From assembly GCA_039933845.1 (NCBI GenBank), contig JBDTNH010000001.1, forward strand, positions 5,426 to 69,425: DNA of 64,000 nucleotides, written 5' to 3'. This document shows, piece after piece, positions 17,426 to 27,091 of this stretch. This DNA comes from Gemmatimonadota bacterium (GTDB lineage Bacteria; Gemmatimonadota; Gemmatimonadetes; Gemmatimonadales; GWC2-71-9). The notes under the pieces are model-generated. The model was not told where the DNA came from. It worked only from the letters and a program-made list of their open reading frames with translations, and made no database searches. Both the position numbers and the translations under genes were made by a program. Each line of letters opens with the position of its first letter. The stretch's first letter is position 1.

Positions 17426-17464
17426 CCCAGGCTTCAGCCTGTGGACGGCTCGTGGGCTCCCGCT

Positions 17465-18013
17465 TTACAGCGAATCGAACGTGATCCTAGTACCCGCGCC
17501 CGTGGCATCCCCACCGCCATCCGCCGGCTGACCATCCTTGTCGAACGAATCGTAGTGCACGGTGGAGGTGTAGCTGTTCCCATCGGCCGAGAGCGTGATG
17601 TGCTCCGTGAGCACGCCGTGACCGGCCGGCAGCCAGCCACCGGCGGCTCCCTCGCCATCGGCGGGTCCTGGCGCCCGCGTCTGATAGAAGACGTATCGGG
17701 TCTCGAACTGGCGCGGCCCCGTCTTCCGCCACACCCCATACGCCGGCGGGGAGGAGTTCGCGGCCTCGTCGTAGTTCGACGACTCCGTCATCGTCCCACC
17801 GACGTTGTAGGCGTACAGGAATTCGAGGTCGGTGACGCCTGACAACACGCCCTTGTCGAACTGGATCTTCGAGCGCCAGGCCCCCGTCAGCTCACTGCCC
17901 GGTACGACGACTGCCGCACCACCTTGAGCCTGCGGCAACCGCTGGAGCTCACAGCCGGAAAGCGTCACCATCACCAGGAACGTCACCAGCCCGGTGCGGA
18001 ATTGGTCCGTCAT
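17465..18013 (-). CDS. Hypothetical lipoprotein
   Basis: ORF 17465..18040, ATG 18013. MTDQFRTGLVTFLVMVTLSGC lipobox. No family recognised. Confidence 0.5.
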   Translation of the reverse strand: MTDQFRTGLVTFLVMVTLSGCELQRLPQAQGGAAVVVPGSELTGAWRSKIQFDKGVLSGVTDLEFLYAYNVGGTMTESSNYDEAANSSPPAYGVWRKTGPRQFETRYVFYQTRAPGPADGEGAAGGWLPAGHGVLTEHITLSADGNSYTSTVHYDSFDKDGQPADGGGDATGAGTRITFDSL

Positions 18014-18036
18014 GCGATGTCCTTGATACCGGCCGC

Positions 18037-19173
18037 TCACCGGTGTGGCAGGTTGGGAATGATCCGCTCGGCGTTACCCTGGTAGAGCTTCTTGAGCACC
18101 ACATCCGGAAGGTCCAGACCGTAGAGCTTCCAGAACGCGTGGTAGTCGCGGTAGTAGTCGAAGTATTCGTCGGCCGTCTCGAAGACGCGCCAGTAGTAGG
18201 GATATTCCGATGGTTGGAACGAGTCCTTCCCGAACAGGATGCGATCCTGGTACATCACGAAGAAGTCGTGCGCGGTGCGCGGCTGACGCCCGAGGTCGTA
18301 GAGAATCGCGCCGACCTCCGCGTTCACGTTGGGATACTTGTCGAACAACCGACCAAGCTTGGCCAGATCGTCGGCGTACCAACCCATATGCGCCAGGATC
18401 CAGGTGGTCCGCGGGTGTTTCGCGATCATCCGCTCCCGCTCGGCCATCAGTGTATCGAAGGTTGGAAACCGCGAACGATCGTTGAACCGCCGGCTCGGGA
18501 ACAGCGCCATCTCCAGCCAACGCTCGTTGGTGAAGTCGAGCGGCTCGAAGAACGCCGCGGGATCGGCCGTGTGAATGAACACCGGGACCCCGAGATCGGC
18601 CGCCGTCTCCCAGACGATGTCGAGCTCCGGGTCGTCGAGATGCAGACGCGCACCATCGGCACCACGCGCCGAGAGACCGAACCCCTTGTTGAGCTCGCCG
18701 ATGCCGACCGCTCCTGCTGCGACATCGCGCTTGAGTTGCTCGGCGAGCTTCACGCCGTCGCCCTGCTTCACGACGCCGAGGTCGAGCGTCGTGAAGAAGA
18801 CGAAGCGATCACTCAGGCCGGCTGCCTTCACTGCGGCGATCTGCCCGGTGAGACGCTCACCGGATGTTCCGTTCGCCTGGACCATGACGCCGATGTTGAG
18901 CGAGTCCATCGCGGCCAACACCGTCCGGATCGTGGCGGCATTGTCGAGCCGCGGCGGATGACCATGCACATCGACCGCCGGATACTTGGCGCGCGGCACG
19001 GGGTGCTGGGGCACCACAAGGCGACTGCGCGGATGGTACTCCACGATGGTCGGTGGTGGGATCGTGGGTTGTCGATCCTGGGCGGTGAGCTTCGGCGAGC
19101 AGAAGATCACCGCAAGCGTGGTCGCGGTGATGCTGGTACGGATGGCGAAGGAGCGAACTGGGGGTAAAATCAT
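18037..19173 (-). CDS. Amidohydrolase-family metal-dependent hydrolase (amidohydrolase_2-like), exported
   Basis: ORF 18037..19176 (GTG 19176 or ATG 19173). Signal-like N-terminus. AVDVHGHP metal motif, ...FIHTADP..., ILAHMG. The start overlaps the vapC stop. Confidence 0.7.
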   Translation of the reverse strand: MILPPVRSFAIRTSITATTLAVIFCSPKLTAQDRQPTIPPPTIVEYHPRSRLVVPQHPVPRAKYPAVDVHGHPPRLDNAATIRTVLAAMDSLNIGVMVQANGTSGERLTGQIAAVKAAGLSDRFVFFTTLDLGVVKQGDGVKLAEQLKRDVAAGAVGIGELNKGFGLSARGADGARLHLDDPELDIVWETAADLGVPVFIHTADPAAFFEPLDFTNERWLEMALFPSRRFNDRSRFPTFDTLMAERERMIAKHPRTTWILAHMGWYADDLAKLGRLFDKYPNVNAEVGAILYDLGRQPRTAHDFFVMYQDRILFGKDSFQPSEYPYYWRVFETADEYFDYYRDYHAFWKLYGLDLPDVVLKKLYQGNAERIIPNLPHR

Positions 19174-19583
19174 CACGGCGCTTCCCGTCGGGGTGGAGAT
19201 AGTGGCGTCCGGAATCCCAGGTGAGCTGCGACCTCGCGTTGGCGGGCATCGAGGGTCAGGAAATCAAAATCGGACGGGTGGTTCGCAACATACAGGGCAG
19301 TCGCCAGATGCCAGCAATCGGCTCCGCCGACGTACCCGGCCCCCAAGACGCGAATGATCTCGGGCTGAAGCCCCCGGCTCGGGATTATCCACTGCACTGC
19401 ACTCAGCCACTCCTCATTGACCAATACGTGATCTCGACGGGCTGCGGCCCGGACCTCTGCCTCCAACAGCGGAGCCGACAGCACGTCGGTGTACGTCCGC
19501 AACCGGCTGACCCAGTCGGCCGCCCTCGCCTCATTGAATGCGATCGCGACAATGACGGAACTGTCGACGTACGCGCTGCTCAA
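19173..19583 (-). CDS. vapC: Type II toxin VapC (PIN-domain ribonuclease)
   Basis: 136 aa. The N-terminal AYVDSSVIVAI carries the PIN acidic residue. Size and position directly after the antitoxin fit. The TTG start overlaps the antitoxin stop (TTGA 19580-83). Confidence 0.75.
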   Translation of the reverse strand: MSSAYVDSSVIVAIAFNEARAADWVSRLRTYTDVLSAPLLEAEVRAAARRDHVLVNEEWLSAVQWIIPSRGLQPEIIRVLGAGYVGGADCWHLATALYVANHPSDFDFLTLDARQREVAAHLGFRTPLSPPRREAP

Positions 19584-19867
19584 TCGCGGTCGTCCAGGAA
19601 CCGTTGCAGGGCACCAGGTACAGCTTTCCCGACAGGGAATGCCTTGGGGTCAGATGGGGAGCGACGGGCCGGAGTGATCTGGCCCGATGCGGTCATTTCC
19701 TTGAGCCGACGTTCAAGGCTGTTCCCCTCGACGGCCACCTCGATCGGCCGCAGTTCCGCGACCGGCTCACCATGGACGGTGATGACGAAGCTGCGACCCT
19801 CCCGGACCTGGCGGACGAGGGCGGAGAGCTTGGCCTTGGCATCGTAGATCGAGTATTCGTCAGGCAT
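19580..19867 (-). CDS. vapB: Type II antitoxin, Phd/YefM family
   Basis: 95 aa. YSIYDAKAKLSALVRQVREGRSFVITVHGEPVAELRP is the classic Phd/YefM N-terminal fold signature. Confidence 0.8.
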   Translation of the reverse strand: MPDEYSIYDAKAKLSALVRQVREGRSFVITVHGEPVAELRPIEVAVEGNSLERRLKEMTASGQITPARRSPSDPKAFPVGKAVPGALQRFLDDRD

Positions 19868-19872
19868 CGCTT

Positions 19873-19901
19873 ATGATAATTGGACTAGTCAGACTAGTCA
19901 A
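19873..19901 (-). promoter_or_regulatory. Sigma70-type promoter of vapBC with tandem palindromic operator; probably leaderless
   Basis: The minus strand reads TTGACT (19901-19896), a 17-nt spacer, TATCAT (19878-19873), AAGCG, then ATG (19867). The spacer contains two tandem copies of the 8-bp palindrome GACTAGTC (plus strand 19883-19890 and 19892-19899). This is a local AT-rich island in GC-rich DNA. Confidence 0.55.
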
Positions 19902-19941
19902 TTTCATTCCGGGAGTTGACACTCAATGCGGTAGGCCTGAT

Positions 19942-20424
19942 CTATGGCACAGATCGCCTCAGCAGATCATTCCTTGGAACCGCGCAGATGGGGCAGTTGG
20001 CCATGGTCGGCTCGACTCCCAACGTCACGGTCACGGGCCCAAGTGCCACAATCCTCTTCTCCACCGTGTCGTTCACTGCAATGGCAAGCGTGAGTCGCCG
20101 CCCGATCACCTGACCGCTGAACTGCGCTGGCAGGGATGGACCCACGAGGACGGGATAGGCGCGCAGCACATAGCTGCCATCGACGGTGAACCGGCCATCG
20201 GCGTCGAGCGTGACGCCCGGTGGCATGTCACCAAAGGTGCATCCGACATGCACGTGCACCACGGAGTCGGTCACCATGACGGCGGCCTCGTGCGCGCCCC
20301 AAGTGCCGAGGGCGAGCTCACCTGGCCCGGAGCCCGACGGCGACGAGGTGCAGCCCGCGCCGGCCAGCATGCTGAGCAGCCGGGTGACCGGAATCAGGTG
20401 TGAACTGCGAAGGGTCGTACGCAT
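19942..20424 (-). CDS. Hypothetical lipoprotein
   Basis: ORF 19942..20478, ATG 20424. MRTTLRSSHLIPVTRLLSMLAGAGC lipobox. No family recognised. Confidence 0.5.
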   Translation of the reverse strand: MRTTLRSSHLIPVTRLLSMLAGAGCTSSPSGSGPGELALGTWGAHEAAVMVTDSVVHVHVGCTFGDMPPGVTLDADGRFTVDGSYVLRAYPVLVGPSLPAQFSGQVIGRRLTLAIAVNDTVEKRIVALGPVTVTLGVEPTMANCPICAVPRNDLLRRSVP

Positions 20425-20474
20425 CTTTCGGCTCCAGGTCTTGTCACCGGGAGACCTTCCTCGGACTGCCGGGG

Positions 20475-22664
20475 TCACTCCGGCCGGTAGACCCGCTCGG
20501 TGTGGCCGACGAGTTGTCCGGGATAGAAGTACACCGGCCTGAGCTCGCCACTGGCATAGCGTGCGGCCTGATCATTGAAATGCGGCGAGTTGACGTCGCC
20601 GCTCTCGCCACCCGCGGTCACGGCACGTGCCCGGACACTATCACGTCCGAACTCGACCACGGCCACGAAACTGTTGCCGCTCGTGCCGTACCACCGCTTC
20701 GTGTTGGGATATTGCTGCGCACCATACGACGCCAGCGAGCCCCACGTGGCCGATGCGAACGGCACCGGGATGCTCGCCTTGCTGTCATCGAAGTGGGAGA
20801 CGATCTGGTCGTCGAGCCGCTGGAAGCGATTGATCTCACCCCACGGCGTCGCCCACTTCCCGAAGTCGGTGGTCAACTTGTCACTCGCTGCCGTCAGTGC
20901 CGCGAGCAGATCGGCGGGTGCCGCGCGTTCGGCGATGAATTGTTCGAAGCCAAGCCCTACCCGCCGAGCCGCACCCATCTGGCGCCGCTGCAATTCGGTT
21001 CCCCAATAAATCGCCACTGACGTGGCGACCGATGTCGCCGACCACCGGTAGTCCCAGTCACGCAACATGCCCACCTGACCCGCGAGCTTGGCACGCATCG
21101 GATCAGCGGCGGGGAGTCCGTCGTAGGCCCGAATCAGCGCCGGCATCATGATCCCGAACGCGGGCATATAACTGTCGAACGCGGTGTTGCGGAGCGATGT
21201 CATCGTGACACTACGCAAGTCGGGTAGCAGGCCGAGCAGATGGAGGCCCCGCATGCTCTCGGCGTCTCCTCGTTCGACATAGCTCGGAAACGCCGAGCGG
21301 GCGGGGCTGTCTGCACCGGCCGTCGACCAGGGCCAGTTGTTGACGTTGTACGCCCAGCCCGACGCCGGATTGATCGCGTTGGGCGTCTCATCGAGCGCAA
21401 GCACGCCGTGCCACTCGGTGGCCGACATGCTGCCATCGACCGGACGACTCCAGTCAAAGGTGGTGTCACGACGCGGAATGAAGTTCGAGTGCAGGTAGGC
21501 GATGTTCCCCTCGGCGTCGGCGAACAGGGTGTTGTTCGACGAGTTGGTGTGCAACTCCATCACCTTCAGGTACTCGGTGAGGTTCCTCGCCTTGGTCCGG
21601 TCGTACGACTGCATCAACGCATGCATCGGATCGTTCATGAGTGCGGTGGTCACCCACTTGCCATCCGCAGACCGCACCACCGGACCATGCGGGGTGAAGT
21701 ACGCCGTGAACCGTCGTGTGGCCATCTGATCGGCCGACCGATAGGGGACGACAATCTCGCGACTCACCATCGGGTGCCAGGTACCGTCGTGCAGGTACAT
21801 CAAGCGGCCATCACGGCGCTCGACAGTCTCGAGATACTCGTCGATGTTGTCGACGCCGCTCGAGGTGTGCATCCAGCCCGCCGTCGGGTTGAATCCCTGA
21901 TAGATGAAGAACTGTCCCCAGGTCACGGCCCCGTAGGCGTTGAGTCCCTCGTCGCTGGTCATCTGCAGTTCAGAGCGGAAGTAGAAGGAGGTGTGCGGAT
22001 TGATCCAGAGGAGCGCCCGACCGTTGGCGCTGCGGGACGGTGCAATCGCGATGCCGTTGGAGCCGCCGGGCTCACGGGGGAGCGCCGATTCACTTTCGGC
22101 CTCGTCATCTCCACCCGGAGCGCCCTGCCCCGCACCACCGTAGAACGCACGCAGCCCACCGAGGCTCACGCGCTCGATATCGCCGCCGATACTGCCCTCA
22201 CTGAACGCCAGCGCCATCCACGGCTCGAACTTGTGGATGACCTTGGGGTGCACCTCGGGATGCTTCTGCAGGTAGTAGTTGAGGCCGTCGGCCCAGCTAT
22301 CCATCAGCGCCACCAGCGGCTTCGGGCTCTGGCGGTAGAGCACGCGCAGCGTGTCGGGATCGATGAAGAGCTTCATCCGCAGGTCGCTCCAGATCGCCGA
22401 CTCCCCCTCGGCCTCCGCCAAGCGCCCGAGTGCATTCAGGTAGTTCGTCTCGACCCGATTGAAGTCGTCCTCCGCCTGCGCATAGATCATCCCAAACACC
22501 GCGTCGGCGTCGCTCCGTCCGTGTACGTGGGCAATCCCCCAATCATCGCGCGTGATCGTCACGCGAGACGCAGTCGCCTCCCAGCGAGTGATGCCGGCGG
22601 GGGATTGGGCGGACAAGCAGGGTGCGATCATGAACACCAACGCAACAATTCGATCAGACTTCAT
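20475..22664 (-). CDS. Penicillin acylase-family Ntn hydrolase (penicillin/AHL acylase-like), secreted
   Basis: ORF 20475..22724, ATG 22664. Signal MKSDRIVALVFMIAPCLSAQ. Likely processing site ...PGGSNGIAIAPSRSANG (Ser nucleophile). About 730 aa with the family-typical layout. Confidence 0.8.
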   Translation of the reverse strand: MKSDRIVALVFMIAPCLSAQSPAGITRWEATASRVTITRDDWGIAHVHGRSDADAVFGMIYAQAEDDFNRVETNYLNALGRLAEAEGESAIWSDLRMKLFIDPDTLRVLYRQSPKPLVALMDSWADGLNYYLQKHPEVHPKVIHKFEPWMALAFSEGSIGGDIERVSLGGLRAFYGGAGQGAPGGDDEAESESALPREPGGSNGIAIAPSRSANGRALLWINPHTSFYFRSELQMTSDEGLNAYGAVTWGQFFIYQGFNPTAGWMHTSSGVDNIDEYLETVERRDGRLMYLHDGTWHPMVSREIVVPYRSADQMATRRFTAYFTPHGPVVRSADGKWVTTALMNDPMHALMQSYDRTKARNLTEYLKVMELHTNSSNNTLFADAEGNIAYLHSNFIPRRDTTFDWSRPVDGSMSATEWHGVLALDETPNAINPASGWAYNVNNWPWSTAGADSPARSAFPSYVERGDAESMRGLHLLGLLPDLRSVTMTSLRNTAFDSYMPAFGIMMPALIRAYDGLPAADPMRAKLAGQVGMLRDWDYRWSATSVATSVAIYWGTELQRRQMGAARRVGLGFEQFIAERAAPADLLAALTAASDKLTTDFGKWATPWGEINRFQRLDDQIVSHFDDSKASIPVPFASATWGSLASYGAQQYPNTKRWYGTSGNSFVAVVEFGRDSVRARAVTAGGESGDVNSPHFNDQAARYASGELRPVYFYPGQLVGHTERVYRPE

Positions 22665-22862
22665 CGAGACTCTCCGCGATTGTCGAGTGAAACGTTGAGG
22701 GCAACAATTCTCACGATCCGTCAACCCGCTTCATCGGTTGACGCGTCCGGACCGCCGAATTCGTGACCGCACTCACCTGCGATGGGGCGGCGGATTCATG
22801 GACGACAAGTGCAGAGCCGTCCCGGGTCACGTCGTCGTTGGGGTGCAGGTTGCTTGAGTAGC

Positions 22863-24788
22863 CTAGTTCAGGTGTGCCCGCTGGGCGAGCTCCAGAAATC
22901 GGGGATCGTCGCGGTACGGGGCGAACATCGAAAGGTACTTCAGAAAGAACAAGCCCCAGTTGTGACCCTCAACGGCACGATCGAGCCAGCGGTACATGTC
23001 CTCGGGTCGGGCCAGACTGCCATAGACCATCGCGATGGCCAACGGATCGACATATCCGTGGTTTGCGCCGACGCGTTCGAGGCTGTCGGCAACGCCGACC
23101 GCCGCAGCGCGCCGCCCGCACATCGCCCAGGTGGCGGCGACGACACCGCGCGTATATTGGTCCGTGATCTTGGGGCTCTGCAGCGAACGATGGCGATCCA
23201 GCCAATCTGCCGCGGCGAGGGCCTCGCCGCACTGCCCCCTGGCCAGTTCGAGATCGACTCGCTCGGCCCGCGCAAGTTCCTGCAATGAATCGCGCTCCAG
23301 GACTTCGCTCAGTGCACGATCGGCGGCGTCGAAACGTCCGTCAAGTCGATAGACTGTCGCCATGCGGACGCCGACAATCGCCGCCACCGGCGCCAGCTGC
23401 TTGGCACGGCCGATCGATCCGATGGCGGAATCGATCTCCCCGCGGGCCAGATGGACCCAAACCCTGAACAACCACGGCTCGAACCGTGTGGAATCGATCG
23501 CCGAGGCACGATTGAACTCCTGCTCGGCACCATCCCAATCCTGATCATTGAACAGTCGGGCCATTCCCCGCGCGATGTACGCGGTGGTGGCCCGAGGGTC
23601 GAGGGAGATGGCCTTGTCGGCCGCGTTCGCGGCGGCCTGGAATTCCGACCGCGGGTTCTGGGTACCGAACAGGGCACACGTCGCACGCGCCATCGCCAGT
23701 CCCGCAAACGCCTCCGTGTAGAGGGAATCACGAAACGCGGCATCGGAATACTCCTCAACGGCACGTGCACAATCTTGCCGACGCAACACCAGGTCGGCGG
23801 CATCGGCAACCAGTCGCGTGGCCGCGGAGTCCGGCACATGGGATCTGATCGGTTGGGCCGCCTGGTTCGGTCGTGTTGTCAGCATGACCGCCGCGGCGAT
23901 GCCCGAGAGGCCGATCGCGATCGCAGCTGCAGGCCACCAACGGGGCCGCGCTGGTGCCAACGCGCTCTCCATCAGCGCGACTCGGAATGCCGCCGCCGTC
24001 TCGAATCGCCGCTCCGGCGCCTTTTCGATGGCCGTCATCACGGCACGATCGATGTACGCCGGAATCTCTCGTCGCCGTCGCGACGGTGGCGCCGGCTTCT
24101 CAGTGATCACCTTGGCGACGATCGCCTGGGCCGTGGGTCCGGTAAACGGGGTTGTACCGGTCAGCGCCTCGTACAGCGTGACGCCGAGGGCGTAGATATC
24201 GGTGCGGGCATCGAGCACACGCTCACCGAGTGCCTGTTCCGGGCTCATGTATTGCGGGGTACCAATCGAGATGCCCGTTCCCGTGAGCCGACTGCCGGCG
24301 GTCACTTGGTCGATGGCGATTCCGAAATCGGCGACCAGCGCCTGACCATCCTGGAGGAGAATGTTTTCGGGCTTGATGTCCCGGTGGACGACGCCGTGGC
24401 GATGTGCGTGGTCGAGTGCCGAGGCGACATCGCTGGCGATGCGGACGGCGTCCGCGATCGGCAACCGCTGCTCGCGTGTGATGCGCTCGCGAAGCGACTC
24501 GCCTTCGACCACCGGCATCACGAAATAGAGCAGTCCGTCGGCCTCCCCGGAATCGAAGAGCTGGAGGATATGGGGATGGTGCAGACCGGCCGTGGTCTTG
24601 ATCTCAGCCAGGAACCGTTCGGCACCGATCGCTGCCGCGAGTTCGGGACGCAGCACCTTGATCGCGACATCGCGATCGTGCTTGATGTCATGCGCGAGGT
24701 ACACCGTCGCCATGCCACCCTGGCCAAGCTCGCGCTCGATGGTGTACCTGTCCGCCAGCGCTGTGCGGAGCCGATCGAGCGCACTCAC
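22863..24788 (-). CDS. Hanks-type Ser/Thr protein kinase with TM segment and C-terminal TPR-like region
   Basis: GQGGMATVYLAHD, VAIKVL, HRDIKPENILL, VADFGIA, GTPQYMSPE. TM segment WWPAAAIAIGLSGIAAAVML. The GTG start overlaps the upstream kinase stop (GTGA 24785-88). Confidence 0.85.
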   Translation of the reverse strand: MSALDRLRTALADRYTIERELGQGGMATVYLAHDIKHDRDVAIKVLRPELAAAIGAERFLAEIKTTAGLHHPHILQLFDSGEADGLLYFVMPVVEGESLRERITREQRLPIADAVRIASDVASALDHAHRHGVVHRDIKPENILLQDGQALVADFGIAIDQVTAGSRLTGTGISIGTPQYMSPEQALGERVLDARTDIYALGVTLYEALTGTTPFTGPTAQAIVAKVITEKPAPPSRRRREIPAYIDRAVMTAIEKAPERRFETAAAFRVALMESALAPARPRWWPAAAIAIGLSGIAAAVMLTTRPNQAAQPIRSHVPDSAATRLVADAADLVLRRQDCARAVEEYSDAAFRDSLYTEAFAGLAMARATCALFGTQNPRSEFQAAANAADKAISLDPRATTAYIARGMARLFNDQDWDGAEQEFNRASAIDSTRFEPWLFRVWVHLARGEIDSAIGSIGRAKQLAPVAAIVGVRMATVYRLDGRFDAADRALSEVLERDSLQELARAERVDLELARGQCGEALAAADWLDRHRSLQSPKITDQYTRGVVAATWAMCGRRAAAVGVADSLERVGANHGYVDPLAIAMVYGSLARPEDMYRWLDRAVEGHNWGLFFLKYLSMFAPYRDDPRFLELAQRAHLN

Positions 24789-27043
24789 CTCTCCTCCCCC
24801 GCATCAGCAAGCCCGACGCGCTCAACCATCGGCCAATACCGCGGGTCGTCCCGGATCGGATCGAGTCGCGGATGCGTGCGAAGGAACATCAATCCTGAAG
24901 CCTTCTCGGCAATCGCCGTCTCGAGCCAATCGAACGCAGCGTCGATGTCACCGAGTGCCGCGTGCAACGCACCGATACCCCACGCCGAAACGACACGACT
25001 GCCCCGTGCCGCCGTCAGCTCCGCCAGAATCCGCCGTGCCTCGGCTTCGTTGCCAGATGCGGCCTCGAGGTGGGCAAGACCGAATGAGGGTCCCGCGATC
25101 CCGCCCGCGAGGCGGCGCCCGTCTTCGTAGGCGGCCCGTGCCTCGTCGAAGCGCCCCAGAGCCTCGAGACTTCGTGCCATGTCAGTGTGCGCGCCGTCGA
25201 AGCGCGGATCCAACTCAATCGCCATCTTGTAGTGGAACACCGACTTCTGAAATTCGCGTGCATAGTAGAGCGCGTCGCCGATGCCGGTGCGAATGAGCGA
25301 GGAGAGCGGGTCGAGTTCGATCGCGCGATTTGCCGCGGCAACCGACTCGTCGATGCGCCCGACTGCCGAGAGTGCCCGCGACATCATGGCGTGAGCCCAC
25401 GCATGCCCGGGGTTGAGCTCGACCCCCTTCTGCAACAACTCCATGCCACCGACGACGTCGCCACTGACCGAGGCGATGAAACCAAGCGAGGACCAGGCAT
25501 CGGCTAGCTCGGGGTCCAGCTCGCGGGCGCGTTGCGCCGCCGTGGTCGCCTCCGCTCCAGCCTCGGCTGGCGAGGCCATACCGCGCACGGCCCGGATGAT
25601 CTGGCAGTCGGCCAGCGCCGACCACGCCAACGCGTACGTCGGGTCCAGCTCGAGTGCACGCCGAGCGTGACGCAGCGCCATGTCCAGCGCGTCCTTGGTG
25701 CCGGCGAACATCGAGTGCCTCGCCTTCAACACTTCGAGGTGTGCCTCAGCATTGACGACCTGTCGCCGTGCCAGCTGCCCAGCTTCGGCCGGCGTCAGCT
25801 GCACCGCGATCTCGCGCGCCACCATCGCTGCCAATTCACTCTGGAGCGTCAACACATCAACCAGATCGCGATCATAGCGATCCGCCCAGAGGGTCTCGTC
25901 CCTGCGAGCAGCAATCAGCTGCACGCTCACCCTGACCCGATCACCGACCAGGTGGGCCGATCCCTCGAGCACCGCGTCGACGTTCAGCTCGCGCGCGATC
26001 TCGGGAAGGGACTTGGTCGAGCCCTTGTATTGCATCGCGGAGGTTCGCGAGATGACCCGCAATGCCTTGATGCGAGACAGGTCGGAGATGATCGCCTCGG
26101 TCATGCCATCGACGAAGTACTCCTGCGTCGGATCACCCGACGTGTTCCGGAGTGGCAGCACGGCAATCGAACCGATCCGATCCATGGCGGGCGCGGGCAC
26201 AGCAGGGGTGAGCGACGAGGAGGTGCTGCCACCGCGCAAGGCAGTGGCAACGGCTGCCGCACTGGTGGGCCGAGCCGAGGGTTCCTTGCTGAGGCATGCC
26301 ATCACCAGTCGGTCGAGGTCGTCTGGCGTGTCCGGCCGGAGCGACTGCACGGTGGGCGGCGCGCTTCCGAAAATCTCGAACATCAGCGCTTCGGCTCGTT
26401 CCTTCACGAACGGACGGCGACTGGTACACATCTCGAAGAGCAGCACCCCGAGTGCGTAGACATCGGTCAGCGGCGAGTCTGCGTCGCCGGTCAACTGTTC
26501 CGGTGCCATGTAGGGCAACGAGCCGAGGATCATCCCGGTGCGGGTGAGCTTGTTGGCGCCCGCATCGTTCAGGAGCATCGCGATCCCGAAGTCGAGGATC
26601 TTCGGCTGGCCGGTCGGCGTCAACATGATGTTGCCAGGCTTCAGGTCGCGGTGAACAATGTTGTGGGTGTGTGCATCGTGCAATGCGTCGGCGATGGCAG
26701 CGCCGACGATGCGGACCTCAGCAAGCGGTATCGGTCCCATGGCCATGCGTGCCTCGAGGTCGCCACCCGTGACCAGCTCCATCACCAGGTACGGCGTCCC
26801 CTCGTGCGCATCAAAGTCGAACACCGTGGCGATGCCGGGATGGGAGAGCCGCGAAAGGGCCAGCGCTTCGCGGCGGAATCGCGCCTGCGTGTCGGCGTCG
26901 GCGATGGTGCCTGGGGCGAGCAACTTGATCGCGACCTCACGGTCGAGATTCGCATCGTGCGCACGCCACACCTCACCCATCCCGCCGACACCGAGTTGCG
27001 TACGGAGGTGGTAGCGACCGAGGGTCGTGCCGGCGCGGGTCAT
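24785..27043 (-). CDS. Hanks-type Ser/Thr protein kinase + TolB-N-like module + TPR repeats
   Basis: GVGGMGEVWRAHD, VAIKLL, HRDLKPGNIML, ILDFGIA, GSLPYMAPE. Then IAVLPLRNTSGDPTQEYFVDGMTEAIISDLSRI, and TPR-like repeats to the C-terminus. Confidence 0.85.
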   Translation of the reverse strand: MTRAGTTLGRYHLRTQLGVGGMGEVWRAHDANLDREVAIKLLAPGTIADADTQARFRREALALSRLSHPGIATVFDFDAHEGTPYLVMELVTGGDLEARMAMGPIPLAEVRIVGAAIADALHDAHTHNIVHRDLKPGNIMLTPTGQPKILDFGIAMLLNDAGANKLTRTGMILGSLPYMAPEQLTGDADSPLTDVYALGVLLFEMCTSRRPFVKERAEALMFEIFGSAPPTVQSLRPDTPDDLDRLVMACLSKEPSARPTSAAAVATALRGGSTSSSLTPAVPAPAMDRIGSIAVLPLRNTSGDPTQEYFVDGMTEAIISDLSRIKALRVISRTSAMQYKGSTKSLPEIARELNVDAVLEGSAHLVGDRVRVSVQLIAARRDETLWADRYDRDLVDVLTLQSELAAMVAREIAVQLTPAEAGQLARRQVVNAEAHLEVLKARHSMFAGTKDALDMALRHARRALELDPTYALAWSALADCQIIRAVRGMASPAEAGAEATTAAQRARELDPELADAWSSLGFIASVSGDVVGGMELLQKGVELNPGHAWAHAMMSRALSAVGRIDESVAAANRAIELDPLSSLIRTGIGDALYYAREFQKSVFHYKMAIELDPRFDGAHTDMARSLEALGRFDEARAAYEDGRRLAGGIAGPSFGLAHLEAASGNEAEARRILAELTAARGSRVVSAWGIGALHAALGDIDAAFDWLETAIAEKASGLMFLRTHPRLDPIRDDPRYWPMVERVGLADAGEER

Positions 27044-27091
27044 TGGGGGGTGCTCATAGGTCGCTGCCGAGGAATCCCAGGTCGACGGTGG

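Noticed and set aside
22728-22750. Inverted repeat GTCAACC-n9-GGTTGAC between the kinase operon end and the acylase start, considered as a terminator
   Set aside because: It has only a 7-bp stem with a 9-nt loop and no U-tract on the relevant (minus) strand. That is too weak to call.
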